DNA of 63,119 bases, filler included, from Octopus bimaculoides (lineage: Eukaryota), in NCBI RefSeq assembly GCF_001194135.2. It is 4 parts of 4 records of this genome, joined end to end, with 100 filler letters (N's around TTAATTAATTAA, not from the genome) between each part and the next. Parts side by side here need not be neighbours in the genome. Positions count along the whole stretch, not along the records: positions 30,028 to 58,388 come from NC_068982.1; positions 58,489 to 61,869 come from NC_069003.1; positions 61,970 to 63,119 come from NW_026341882.1; 1 more part is not named here. One strand, written 5' to 3'. The translations under genes were made by a program, and so were the position numbers. Below, one piece after another: positions 51,295 to 62,720 of the stretch (position 1 is the stretch's first letter; every line of letters begins with the position of its first letter). The notes below the pieces were generated by a model. The model did not search any database. It had not been told where the DNA came from and was given only the letters and a program-made list of their open reading frames with translations.

Positions 51295-51715
51295 GGTGTG
51301 AAATAATTTTTTCCACAGGTTTTTCAAGTGCATTCAACATCTCTCACTTCCAAGCCACTTCTTTCCAGAAAAGCGGGGGAGGGGTGGTGGGGACCTTGGA
51401 GTTTCCCAGGAATGTCTGAGTTTCCCACCAACAGAGTTTTGTTTAATGTTTTTTTTTCTTTTCCAGGTTATTTTGCATGCTTTCAATGAGCGTGACATCA
51501 AAATTATGCATAAATGGCTCCTTTCCCCAGAAAAGGAAAGATTTGGCTGCTATTTCTTGCACACCCAGCTACTACGTAACAGCTATTTCGAGTCCTTTAT
51601 CGCAAAAAGCTGTTACATGGTAGCGGAGCATATTAAAAATAGCAGCCAAATCTTTGGAGGTGAGATACGTTGAATGCACTCAAAAAAAGCCTATGGAAAA
51701 TAGTTATTTCACACC
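51295..51715. mobile_element. MITE-like element with ~55-bp terminal IRs and an internal hairpin
   Basis: GGTGTGAAATAA...CATTCAACATCTCTCAC (51295-51347) versus 51660-51715. Internal IRs at 51538-51555/51637-51654 and 51568-51584/51608-51624. Confidence 0.7.
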
Positions 51716-51939
51716 AAGTTTTTGAACAGGTCTTTTACAAAATATTCACCACATTTTTAAAGTTATTTTCACTTTAAAATATTTTTTAAATATGCCAAAA
51801 AAAATTTTGTAATGGCATTCACTTGAAAATAATTTCTAAAAAGATAAAAATATTGTCTGTTTAAAGAAAGCTAATATATAAATACTTACTGTACAAACAA
51901 CTTACATTTTTGAAATTACATTCACTTAAAAATATTTCC

Positions 51940-52643
51940 AAATGATTTTTGAGAAGGCTGAAATGAAGGAACAGCATGTTTCTGTGAAATTGTGTTTTCT
52001 GTTGGGGAAAAAAGCAGTTGAAACAGTTGTCATGTTTCAAACAGCTTACAAGGCTGCTGCCATAAGTAAAATCCAAGCTTACAAGTGGTTTCCACGCTTT
52101 AGGAATGGTCACTTATTGCTTGAAGACCAACCTAGTTCAGGACAATCGTCAACCTCCTAAATGAAGGAAAACATTATGAAAATTCATGAACTGCTCTTGG
52201 AGAACCATCAATGAATAATTGATGGACTTGTCAATATGACCGGTGTATCCTGGAGCTCCTGTCAACGAATTTTGAGTGAGGAATTGCAAATGAAAAGAGT
52301 TGCAGTAAAATTTTGTGCTTCACTTGCTCATGGAAGATCAAAAGCAGTCACAACTGAATGCATGTCACGAGCTGAAAGGACAGTTGGAAGTTGATCTGAA
52401 CATTTTTCAAAGGTCATCATTGGTGATGAAAGCTGATGCTATGGAATTTGCAGATGTGCAAGAGGTGAAGAAAAATACAACAGATGTAAAAAGGCATCAC
52501 TGTTTTGAACAGTGGAAAACGCATCTGGACTGATGCATTGCTTCAAATGGAGAATACTTTGAAGGTGATAAAAGTGTAAACATATAAAACTAAGTGAATA
52601 AAATAACATTGTAAAATTCCAGTTTCTCCTGGTACCCCTTTGT
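51940..52643 (+). mobile_element. Internally deleted mariner transposon remnant
   Basis: EQHVSVKLCFLLGKKAVET...YKWFPRFRNG..LEDQPSSG, then decayed C-terminal sequence and a terminus ending GGTACCCCTTTGTA. Confidence 0.8.
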
Positions 52644-52644
52644 A

Positions 52645-52910
52645 TATGGCCTAGTGGTTAGGGTGTTGCACTCACAATTGTGAGATCATGGTTTCAATTC
52701 CTAGACTGGGTGGTACATTGTTTTCTTGAGCAAAACACTTCATCTCACATTACTTTGTGATCACTTTGACACCTGTCATGTGGTACACTGTGTATCTGTT
52801 CAGGCAACATTAATTTGATGGAGGGAGTGAGCGAATGTACAGCACATACATTTGTTCACTATAAACAAGTAATTTGTGCAGGTTGTTTGGCAAAAGCTGA
52901 ATGCTCATAC
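52645..52910 (+). mobile_element. tRNA-derived SINE (another family)
   Basis: TGGCCTAGTGGTTAGG A box, GGTTTCAATTCC B box, TTCTTGAGCAAAACACTT core. Confidence 0.75.
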
Positions 52911-53099
52911 ATACATATATATAGAAAACTTACCCCCCAACACACATAGGGTATAATGGGTAAATTGCCGCCATTCTATATTTTTAATTTCATACATGCA
53001 CATTGTTTTTGATTTTGTTGACTACACAGCACAGTAGGGTCAGTTTGGCACTGTCTGTCAGAAAAACAGCACCATGACGCAATGCATTCTGCCAGAAAT

Positions 53100-53815
53100 T
53101 AGAAACGACATGGTGTACTGCTTGGCAGTCACACTAGAAGCTCCAATACAAACATTTCAGAGTGTTTGGGTGTCAGTTTGAAGACATGTACCGAGAGTGA
53201 TAAAAATCAAATATCCAGTCAACATGATGGTGTTTGGAGTGATCACTAGTGATTGTGACGTTATGTCTCCATTCATCTTCCCACATAGCCTCAGACTCAA
53301 CATGGAGGCCTATATCAAGTGCCTGGAGGAAGTAGTGCTGTCCTGAGTCAAGAGGGTGAATGCTGGAAGACCCTATGTCTAGCAACAGGACTCTGCACCA
53401 TGCCACTCAAGCAGGAGAACCCAGTCATGGCAGTCAGACAATTCCTGTGACCACATCACTGCGAATATCTGGCCATCTAATTCCTCAGACTGCAACCCCC
53501 TTGATTATTATGTGTGGGGCGAGTTGAACGAGAGACCAATAAAACTCCTTGTAACACCAAATATGAATTGAAGACATGGATTATGGCAGCAGTCACCAAC
53601 TTAAACAAGGAGACCATCCAGAAGAGTTGCAGGAGATTCCAAAGTAATCTGAAGGCCATGGTTAAAGCCAATAGCAATTTTATTGAATAAATTTACTCTT
53701 TATTATTTCAAAATCCTTCTATGTAATTTTGGTAAATATATCTGTTAAAATGAGATGACAATGTTATTTTCCTTTTTGTATAATTTAGATGACAGTTTAT
53801 TCACTGTACTCTGTA
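53100..53815 (+). pseudogene. DD37D (maT-like) transposase, C-terminal remnant
   Basis: QQDSAPCH...SDCNPLDYYVW, with 37 residues counted between the second and third catalytic Asp. Confidence 0.85.
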
Positions 53816-54827
53816 TATACATATTTATCAGCAGAAAAGTTACAAAAGTGACTCAAGGACTGAGAATTTTATATATGGTTCTTGTCATTGCCCAATGGTG
53901 TCATGCACAAAATTCTGATTTAAAAAGTATATATACTCATGTACTGACTTCTATTTCTCATTTATACCACCAAACCAACACACACACACACACATACATT
54001 GCATACAAAATTGTACATGGACTGTTAGCTAATTCTCCCTCCAGAAAGCAGACTGGCTGTCTGCATTTTCCCTTAGCAGACCAGCTGAAGAGACAAGAAA
54101 ATAACTTAGAGAAACTATGCAATGTCCTGGATTTAATGAAATTTTTACAATATCTGCTTTGTATAGAATGACTCTTATTTTTCAGTTCCATAACATTCCA
54201 ATATTGCATATGATTGTCATAACTCTGAAATCATTAAATATTTCAGAGACCAGTAAACAATAAATTCACTTCAGTTTGTGCAAATTAAGATACGTTGTTG
54301 ACTTATATGTGTGTATAGCATTCAAGCCTCTCCATCTCTTATCTCCTCATCATTAACGAAGTTTGCAAACTATGAAGTTTGCAAGCCTGTGTAAGCCTAT
54401 GTAGGAGAAACAATATTGGACCATCTACATCACTCTGTCTGTGCCCGTCTTCTCTCCTCTGTCCACCTTTCTTCTTATTTCAGTCATTACCTTATCATTC
54501 ATCTCTCTCATCTCACCACTTGTGATACTTGTTGGTTCCCCCATCTGCTATCCAACAATAGTGCTGGTGGCATAAAAGTACCTACTTTATGATATAGACT
54601 GGTTGGCATTAGGAAGGGCATCCAGCCATAGAAATCATGCTAAAGCAGACACTGTTGCATGATGCAGTCTCTAAGCTCACTAGATCCTGTCAAACTATTC
54701 ACAGTCCATGGAAAATGGATATTAAACAATGTTCATGATGATGATTATGATATATACATACATACACATGCACACATAAACACACATATATGCATGTACA
54801 TACACACACACACACACACACATACAG

Positions 54828-55190
54828 GCATGGCTGTGTAGTAAGAAGTTTGTTTTCAACCACGTGGTTCAGAGTTCAGTCCCACTGTGGCACCTTGGGA
54901 AAGTCTCTTCTAATATAGCCTTGGGCCAACTAAAGGCTTGTGAATGGATTTGGTAGACAGAAACTGAAAGAAGCTCATTGCGTGTGCATGTGTGTCTTTG
55001 TGTCTCTGCTTGTCCCCCATCACCACTTGGCAACCAATATTGATGTTTATGTCCTCATAACTTAGGGGTTTGGCAAAAGCAACCGATAGAAAATAAAAGC
55101 ACTGGGGTCGATACATTTGACTATAATCCTTCAAGGTGGTGCCCTAAAATGGTCACAGTTTAATGACTAAAATAAAGAAAAGATAAAAGA
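54828..55190 (+). mobile_element. SINE family A, complete older copy
   Basis: Head, microsatellite and tail are homologous to 38143-38545. Confidence 0.85.
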
Positions 55191-56449
55191 TAAAAAGTAA
55201 TGGACAGATAGACAGACAAACAAATAGATTGTGAACTCTAAAATTAATAATAATGTACTTTAGTACCAGCTCCTTAACTAAAATGAACAAATTGGCTAAT
55301 TCTGTTTCTGAAAGTGGTTGGCTTAAAATAAAACCCATAAAGATAAAGAAAAAAAGAAAATAAATATAAGTGTAAATGGAAATTCGACAGTAATCCAATG
55401 AATGAGAACAATGATTTTATTTCCCATGGGTAACTCTGCCAATTAATTTTCAGGCTTAGTCATAATGTTATTGATAGTATGTTATGAAGGAATAGTTAAA
55501 CTACAGCAGTCTGCAATTACAATGCAGATTTAATTGATTGTGTGTCTATCTAAACACCAAAGGAATTTTAAAACATAGGAGATGTAGTTGTTGCTTTGAT
55601 ATGAAACCATTTGGGAGTTAGGAAGTGTAGCAGTTCTATAATTAAATTAGCAAGTTTTTGTCATCGATGTCATTCATTGTTGTCTTCCATTTAAACTGTT
55701 CTTGCTCTTCTTACTCTTCACTTCCCTCATGCTTCTACTCCTCCTGCTTCCCCTTCTCTCTTCTTCTTCTTCTTCTTCTTTGTTGTTGCATAGACTTGGT
55801 TTGCTCTTTTCATCACATCTTGAACACTGATGTAATTGGTTGAAACATTTCAGTTGCTATGAAGTTTTTATCAAAAAAAGCATATCTTCATTTATGAATA
55901 TTTGTACCCCACCTCAACCACTGGTTTGGAAAAATCAGGGCTGAGGACGTTCAGTAGTGTATTTCTGTGGGTGAATGTATGTGGAGAGAACATAGATTGT
56001 TTTAGTGAAAGAGGAATAGAGAAAATTCTTCAGAGCAGAATCTGATAGGTAAGACACAACAGATTTGATAAGAGGTAAACTGTTTGCATTGAGCAGGCTG
56101 AGGAAGATGTGGTTTGTAGCTTTTGTAGAGTTGAGACTATTTTAGCTGAAGTAGAGAAAAAGAAACACCATCCTATGAGTCAGTTGTTGAATGTATTGAG
56201 AAACAATTATTTAGTACTTAACCACCTTGGTCTGTTTTTAATGTGAAGTAAGGATGCCTGTGTCTTTAGCTTCAGCACTGCTCCATGTTAACACATGTGC
56301 TCTTCATGAATTCAGTGTTCTGAACTTCTCTCATTATTTAAGATAAATTGATAGTCACTCATACATATTATCAACCATTGCCAGTATGAAAGATGGACGT
56401 TGAATAATGATGATGGTAGTGGTGGTGGTGGTGGTGTTGATGATGATAA

Positions 56450-56513
56450 AGACAGACAGATAAACAGAGAGATAGACAGACAGACAGGCAGGCAGGCAGG
56501 CAGACAGGCAGAC

Positions 56514-56548
<35 letters not shown>

Positions 56549-56561
56549 TAGATAGATAGAT

Positions 56562-56600
<39 letters not shown>

Positions 56601-56635
56601 ATAGATAGATTAGATAGATAGATAGATAGATAGAC

Positions 56636-56670
<35 letters not shown>

Positions 56671-56683
56671 CAGATAGATAGAC

Positions 56684-56752
<69 letters not shown>

Positions 56753-56755
56753 TAA
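56450..56755. repeat. Long (GACA)n/(GGCA)n/(GATA)n tetranucleotide array
   Basis: Direct observation. Confidence 0.95.
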
Positions 56756-56919
56756 TGAAGATCAAGTTAACTGGGACTTTAAGTTTCACTTATCAGTTTG
56801 TTCAACCAAATTTTTTCTCTGCTCTCAGTCATGCAATCAGTAAATATTCTATTGTTATTCTTGTTTGGATGATGGACATTAAATGATGATGATGAGGATG
56901 ATAAAGAGAATCATATATC

Positions 56920-58000
56920 TATATAGGGCACGGACAGAATTATGTTTAAAAAAAACGCTTAATAAGCTCAGATTATGTGGTTCTTGTTCTGTGGCAGTTC
57001 TTGAAGAATCTTTGGTGCTATAAGGGTGTTCATTGACATTTTTCTCAACAATGCTCCATACATAGTAGTCTAGTGGATTGGAGAATTAGGAGGCCAAATT
57101 TGGGGGTGATGTAATCATGCAAATTGTCAGTCAAACACTCTTGTGTCATTTGAGTCTTGTGTGAGGGTGCAGAATCTTGTTGAAAGACATAAGACATTGC
57201 TTATACTGTTGACCCAAAGCTTAACAACTTTATCCAGAACCTCAATATATGCAGGAGCAGTCACCCTAAAACCTTGTGGAAAAAGTGAGGAGGCATTATG
57301 TGTCCTTCATTGCTAACAACACCGAAAGCCATGACACTTGCAGGAAATTTTGTGTGCATTACTCTTGGAATCTCAAAAGGTTCTGCACATAGCCATCTGT
57401 TATTTCTTCTGTTAGTTTTCTGGTCCCAGTCAAAGTTTTTCTCATCTGAGAAAAACCAAATCACACCATCTTCTGATGGATTTTAAAGTTTGTTCAAAAG
57501 TCTTTTGGATCTGATTAGACAGTTTTCTTTTGTTTTTTCTGACATTAATTGACCTCTCCTCATCACATAAGATATGCATCTGATGTCTTCATGTACAATA
57601 TATCTGATTGATTTTTCTGACACACAAAATGTTTTTGCATTGATTTTCCTGGATTGTCTTCAATGTTTTGCTCAACTTCCTGCATAAATTCAGGTGTCCT
57701 GATAGAATCAGAGCGTTTTGAATGTTTTTTTACGTTTTGGTACAGGTAATAGACTTCCATCTTCTTTCTCTAACTCACACCAAATGTTGTGGACAAAAGA
57801 TCTTGCAACTTTCAGAAAATGAAAAATTTATGAATCACCATGCTTAGCCTTCAAAGCCACAATCACAGCATGCCTTTTCATTTCCTTAGTAAGCATGGGG
57901 CCTGTCATTGTTATTTTCTGAAATAGAAGTTCAATAGAAATTAGTCAAATAAAATAATGACTAAAAATGCCTGTCCTCAAATACTGTTCACAGCTTGTAT
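56920..58000 (-). mobile_element. Decayed DD37D (maT-like) transposon
   Basis: WFFSDEKNF...HTKFPASVMAFGVVSNEG and RTPEFM ORFs, with degenerate ends next to TA. Confidence 0.8.
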
Positions 58001-58488
58001 ATATCATTCAACTACAGTAGTAGTTGAACAATATTCATAAGGCCACAATTTACTCACATGCAGCACCTTTCAGAGCTTGTTGCTAATTCAGTTCTTAATC
58101 AAATTGAAAACTGTCAACATTTTTGAAGAAGACTGGTCCCTAGCTACATTTTGGCATAAAAAGAAAGGTCCGGTAGAAAAAAGTTTACATCAAAATTTGT
58201 AGCAACTTTATAAGAGAGTAAGTAACACATCCAATCAAGTTTAGATCTAAATAACTTTTGTATTTTGAAAGCAAAATACAGTTATCTTAGCTTCAATGAT
58301 AGAAGAAAACATGAGGAGTTTCACAGTTTGGTCCCATGCAACAAAAGTTTGTATCAAAAATTTTGTGAGATAAAATATGAAAAAAAATNNNNNNNNNNNN
58401 NNNNNNNNNNNNNNNNNNNNNNNNNNNNNNNNTTAATTAATTAANNNNNNNNNNNNNNNNNNNNNNNNNNNNNNNNNNNNNNNNNNNN

Positions 58489-59370
58489 GTAACTTAGCGG
58501 TTCGGCAAAAGAGACCGATAGAATAAGTACTAGGCTTACAAAGAATAAGCTCTGGGGTCGATTTGCTCTACTATAAAGGCGGTGCTCCAGCATGGCCACA
58601 GTCAAATGACTGAAACAAGTAAAAGAGTAAAAGAGTTAAAAGAGCATGTTAACTTTAATTTGTCCCTTCTTTATAAACTAGGTCGCGGGAGTGATTTAAA
58701 GGAGTCCTGACTGTTGTTTCTAGCAGGCTGGAAGTGCGACCACATCCAGGCTCTCTGGTGTACACGTCGCCGTCGTCCTTGTTGTAGTTGGGAGAGACGT
58801 TAGGGTATAAAGGAGATGCAAGCAGCGACGGTGGGTGTGGCATCAGATGATATGCATGACCAAGGAGAGAGGAGAGAGGAAGGGGGTTAGAGACATCAAC
58901 CAATCACTGCCGCGATAGCGTGTGTTGTTTAATACCATCACTTGACACAGCTTGGTTAATAGACAAATATCTAGAATACACCACACCCTCGTCCATCTTC
59001 ACTGTGGGCGGAGCAATGAGTCTTTATAGTTCTTTCTCTCTCTTTTCTTCCTCTCTCTTCCTCGTTTTCTGTCCATCACATCGGCATTTAGTACCCACCC
59101 TCTTCTACATCTCTTCATGTCGCTGTTATATGTGCGTGTGTGTGTATGTATGTATGTATGTTTTTATGTATGCGTGTGTCTGGGTTTGTCCCCCACCATC
59201 GCTTGACAACCGATGTTGGGGTGTTTACGTCCCCGTGACGTAGCGGTTTGGCAAAAGAGTACGATAAAATTAGTACTTGGCTTACGAAGAATAAGTCTTG
59301 GGGTCGATTTGTTCTAAAGGCGGTGCTCCAGCATGGCCGCAGTCAAATGACCGAAACAAGAAATAAAAGA
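58489..59370 (+). mobile_element. Two SINE family A tails (~58489-58640 and ~59180-59370)
   Basis: GCGGTTCGGCAAAAGAG...GGCGGTGCTCCAGCATGGCC in both. The sequence between them is unique. Confidence 0.8.
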
Positions 59371-59583
59371 AAAAAAAACACTTGTATACATTTCTTTATA
59401 TACAAAACCTCTGTGTGTGTGTGTGCGTGTGTGNNNNNNNNNNNNNNNNNNNNNNNNNNNNNNNNNNNNNNNNNNNNNNNNNNNNNNNNNNNNNNNNNNN
59501 NNNNNNNNNNNNNNNNNNNNNNNNNNNNNNNNNNNNNNNNNNNNNNNNNNNNNNNNNNNNNNNNNNNNNNNNNNNNNNNNNNN

Positions 59584-59623
<40 letters not shown>

Positions 59624-59798
59624 ATATGCATATATATATATATACATACATATACATATACATATATATATGCATACATATACATACTTATATATATATA
59701 CATACATATACATATATATATGAGAAAAATTTACACACACACATTCATACATACACACATACATATACACACACATACACACGCATACACACATACTC

Positions 59799-59837
<39 letters not shown>

Positions 59838-60049
59838 TATATGTATATGCAAGTACTTGGACTGCTCATTCTTTCAGAAATGGTTTACACCCCTGGTGGT
59901 GGTGGTGAAGAAGTCAGTGAGATGCAACGGGGGAAGATGATGCGATGGGCGGGGACACGTCGTGTGATGCGGCGGTGTTGTATGTTGTGCTGGGCGTGTT
60001 GTGGGTTTGTGGTGTAGTACAAGAGACGAAATGATTGGCGCTACATGTT

Positions 60050-60083
<34 letters not shown>

Positions 60084-60265
60084 GATGTGTGGATGCGCGT
60101 ACATGTATGTTTGTCTGTGCATATGTTTGAGTGTATATCTGTTTGTGTGTGTGTGTGTGCGTGTGCGCGCGTGAATTTATATGCATGTAAATTGTTTTAT
60201 ATATATATATTTGTGTGTGTATGTTTTTTGTTGTTGTTGTTTGTTTCCCCCACCTCCACCCAGTA

Positions 60266-60365
60266 ATTGGTTGATCGGTATCTAACCTGTCACATATTCT
60301 CCACCACTTCCGCTCTACCGCGTATATAAACCCCTGTCGCCATCGATCGGACGTTAAATCTCACA
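60266..60365 (+). promoter_or_regulatory. Putative core promoter of the GPx gene
   Basis: Reverse CCAAT (ATTGG, 60266-60270), TATATAAA (60323-60330), pyrimidine-rich Inr-like sequence ~30 nt downstream and local CpG enrichment, ~600 nt upstream of the ATG. Confidence 0.5.
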
Positions 60366-60952
60366 CTAGCAGCGAACCAGCTCGCTGCTCATCTCATTTT
60401 CTCTCTCTCTATACATATATATGTTAATAATTATATATTTACATCAACATAATTAATATCATTATTATTACCGTTGTTTTAATTGTTGCTGGTGTTGGAT
60501 GTGGTGGTGGTGGTGGCGGTAGTTGTTGCCGCCGCCGCCGCCGCCTTTACTGAGGTCGGGGGGGAAGCTGATTAAAAGTGTGAGGAGGGATTTAATTAGG
60601 AATTTAATTAAGCATCCAGCTTGCAAAAGGGGCAAAAGGATCAGCTAAACTCTACCCTACTCTAACCCCTATTTCTTACCGCCGTTTTCTTGGAACTTTC
60701 GAAGGGAAGGATACCTTAGCAAGCTTGATATAGCTTACTTGGGATATCTTTTGGAGGAATTGAGACACCCTGGACCTCACGCTGCTCCTAAATTTGCTCC
60801 CTATACTAACCCCTATATTGAGCTCTTTTCTGTCCCCGATTTCCTACGATTCGGCCCCAGCATCGACCAGTGTTACGATTTTTACTTCGCTACCCAGGAC
60901 GCCGATCGCAGCTCCACAACTTCTGCAGCTATCACAGACTTTTAATTACGAA

Positions 60953-61390
60953 ATGATGGTCGGATCGCTAACTGCAAGCATGGAACCATCCAAGCTGATG
61001 TTTCTGTCGCATCTGTTGGCAAGTTTCTTGTCGATTTACCTGTGTGAAGGCTTTACCATCACCGCTAGTCTCACCGAGGAAATGACCACACGTCAGAACC
61101 ACGTCCACAATCGTGGTCACATCCACGGGCACCTGAAACTTCACAGGAGCACCAACTTCCTCACCTGTTACCAATCTGACAACCACAGCACGTCTCTCTA
61201 CGATTACAAATCGTACGACATCCACGGGGCCGAGGAAATACCTCTGTCAGTTTACAGGGATAAGGTACTGCTTATCGTGAATGTAGCCAGTTTCTGAGGG
61301 GCAACTCCCCAATATTTAGGAATGAATGCACTAGAAAAAGAATTTAAAGATTTTCATATTTTAGGATTTCCATGTAACCAATTCTGGTTG
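60953..61390 (+). CDS. GPx: Selenocysteine glutathione peroxidase (secreted, GPx3-like), first coding exon, partial
   Basis: Continuous frame ...SLYDYKSYDIHGAEEIPLSVYRDKVLLIVNVASF-(TGA 61295-61297)-GATPQYLGMNALEKEFKDFHILGFPCNQFWL. Both GPx signature motifs flank the TGA. Hydrophobic signal peptide from ATG 60953, 60956 or 60980. GTGAGT donor at 61391 (phase 0). Confidence 0.95.
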
Positions 61391-61480
61391 GTGAGTAGAC
61401 CACACACTTTTTTTCATTTTTTCATTTCATGCATTGGTTGCTTTTGCTTTCATGGTTATTATTATTATTATTATTATTAT

Positions 61481-61869
61481 TCTGGCAGAATCGTTAGCTT
61501 ACCGTAAAAAATGCTTAACGGTACTTTGTCCGTCATTATGTTCTGAGTTCAAATTCTGTCGAGGTTGACTTTGCCTGTCATCCTTTCAGGGTCGATAAAT
61601 AAGTACCAGTGAAACACTGGTAATCAACTATTCATCTCCCCTACAAATCTCAGGCCTTGAAACTTTAGTAGAAAGGATTATTATTATTATTATTATTATT
61701 ATTATTGTCGTCGTTGTTGTTGTTGTTGTTGTTGTTAAGGCGGCGAGCTGGCAGAATCGTTAGCACACCGGGCGAAATGCTTAGCGGTATTTCGTCTGCC
61801 GCTACGTTCTGAGTTCAAACTCCGCCGGGGTTGACTTTGCATTTACATCCTTTCAGGGTCGATAGATTA
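61481..61869 (+). mobile_element. Two SINE family B copies in GPx intron 1
   Basis: Same consensus as 45733-46535, separated by (TTA)n/(TTG)n. Confidence 0.9.
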
Positions 61870-61984
61870 NNNNNNNNNNNNNNNNNNNNNNNNNNNNNNN
61901 NNNNNNNNNNNNNTTAATTAATTAANNNNNNNNNNNNNNNNNNNNNNNNNNNNNNNNNNNNNNNNNNNNATATATATATATATA

Positions 61985-62152
61985 TACGACAGGCTTCTTT
62001 TCAGTTTCCGTTTTCCAAATCCACTCACAAGACTTTTGTTGGCCCTGGAATATATCATAAAAGAAACTTAACCAAGAAGGCACGCATTGGGACTGAACTG
62101 AAAACGGTGTGGTTGGAAAGCCAGTTTCTTACCACACAGCCATGCCCGCACC
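61985..62152 (-). mobile_element. SINE family A head
   Basis: Reverse complement of the head at 62922-63080. Confidence 0.85.
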
Positions 62153-62720
62153 TATAAAAAAAAAAAAAGTGTTATCTTCGCAGTTTCTACCTAGACGTGA
62201 ACTCGGAGCGCTAGATTCAAGGTCCAGAGAGTTAACCATTACACCATAGATCTGCTTGCTTTTAATACAAGTATAATTATTTTTCTCGCCTTTTTTTTAA
62301 TGGAATTATATTTTCCCGGAATCGGTTAATTTGCTTTTCTGGTAATTAATTCGCGACATTATTAATTCTATGACATACATACACATATTCGCCTCTTTAT
62401 ACATTGACATGCCACTATATTGATCTTATTGATTATTGGCCATCAATGAAAGTGATATTAGTATCATTTATGCTTCTCCCAATAGAATTATCTTTCGCTG
62501 TAAAATTAAACGGCGTCGACAGGGAATCCTCAACGCTTTGGCCACACACACACACACACACACGCTCCTCTCTTTCTCTCCACGCTGACCTTATCGCGTG
62601 ATCGACGTACAGTACTTGCTAAACAACGCATTATAATAATTATCCTGGAATTAGGGCAGATATGGACAGAGTTTGTAGTGCGTCGTAAAAAAAATGTTTG
62701 ATAATATGTAGTTATGTCCA

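Noticed and set aside
54075-54130. CCAG-CTGAAGA...GAAAC...GTC-CTGG
   Set aside because: Stem I is only 4 bp and stems II and III do not pair properly, so it is compatible with chance.
61295-61297. TGA as a true stop or pseudogene lesion
   Set aside because: It falls exactly on the GPx catalytic residue, and the frame stays open and conserved up to a canonical donor.
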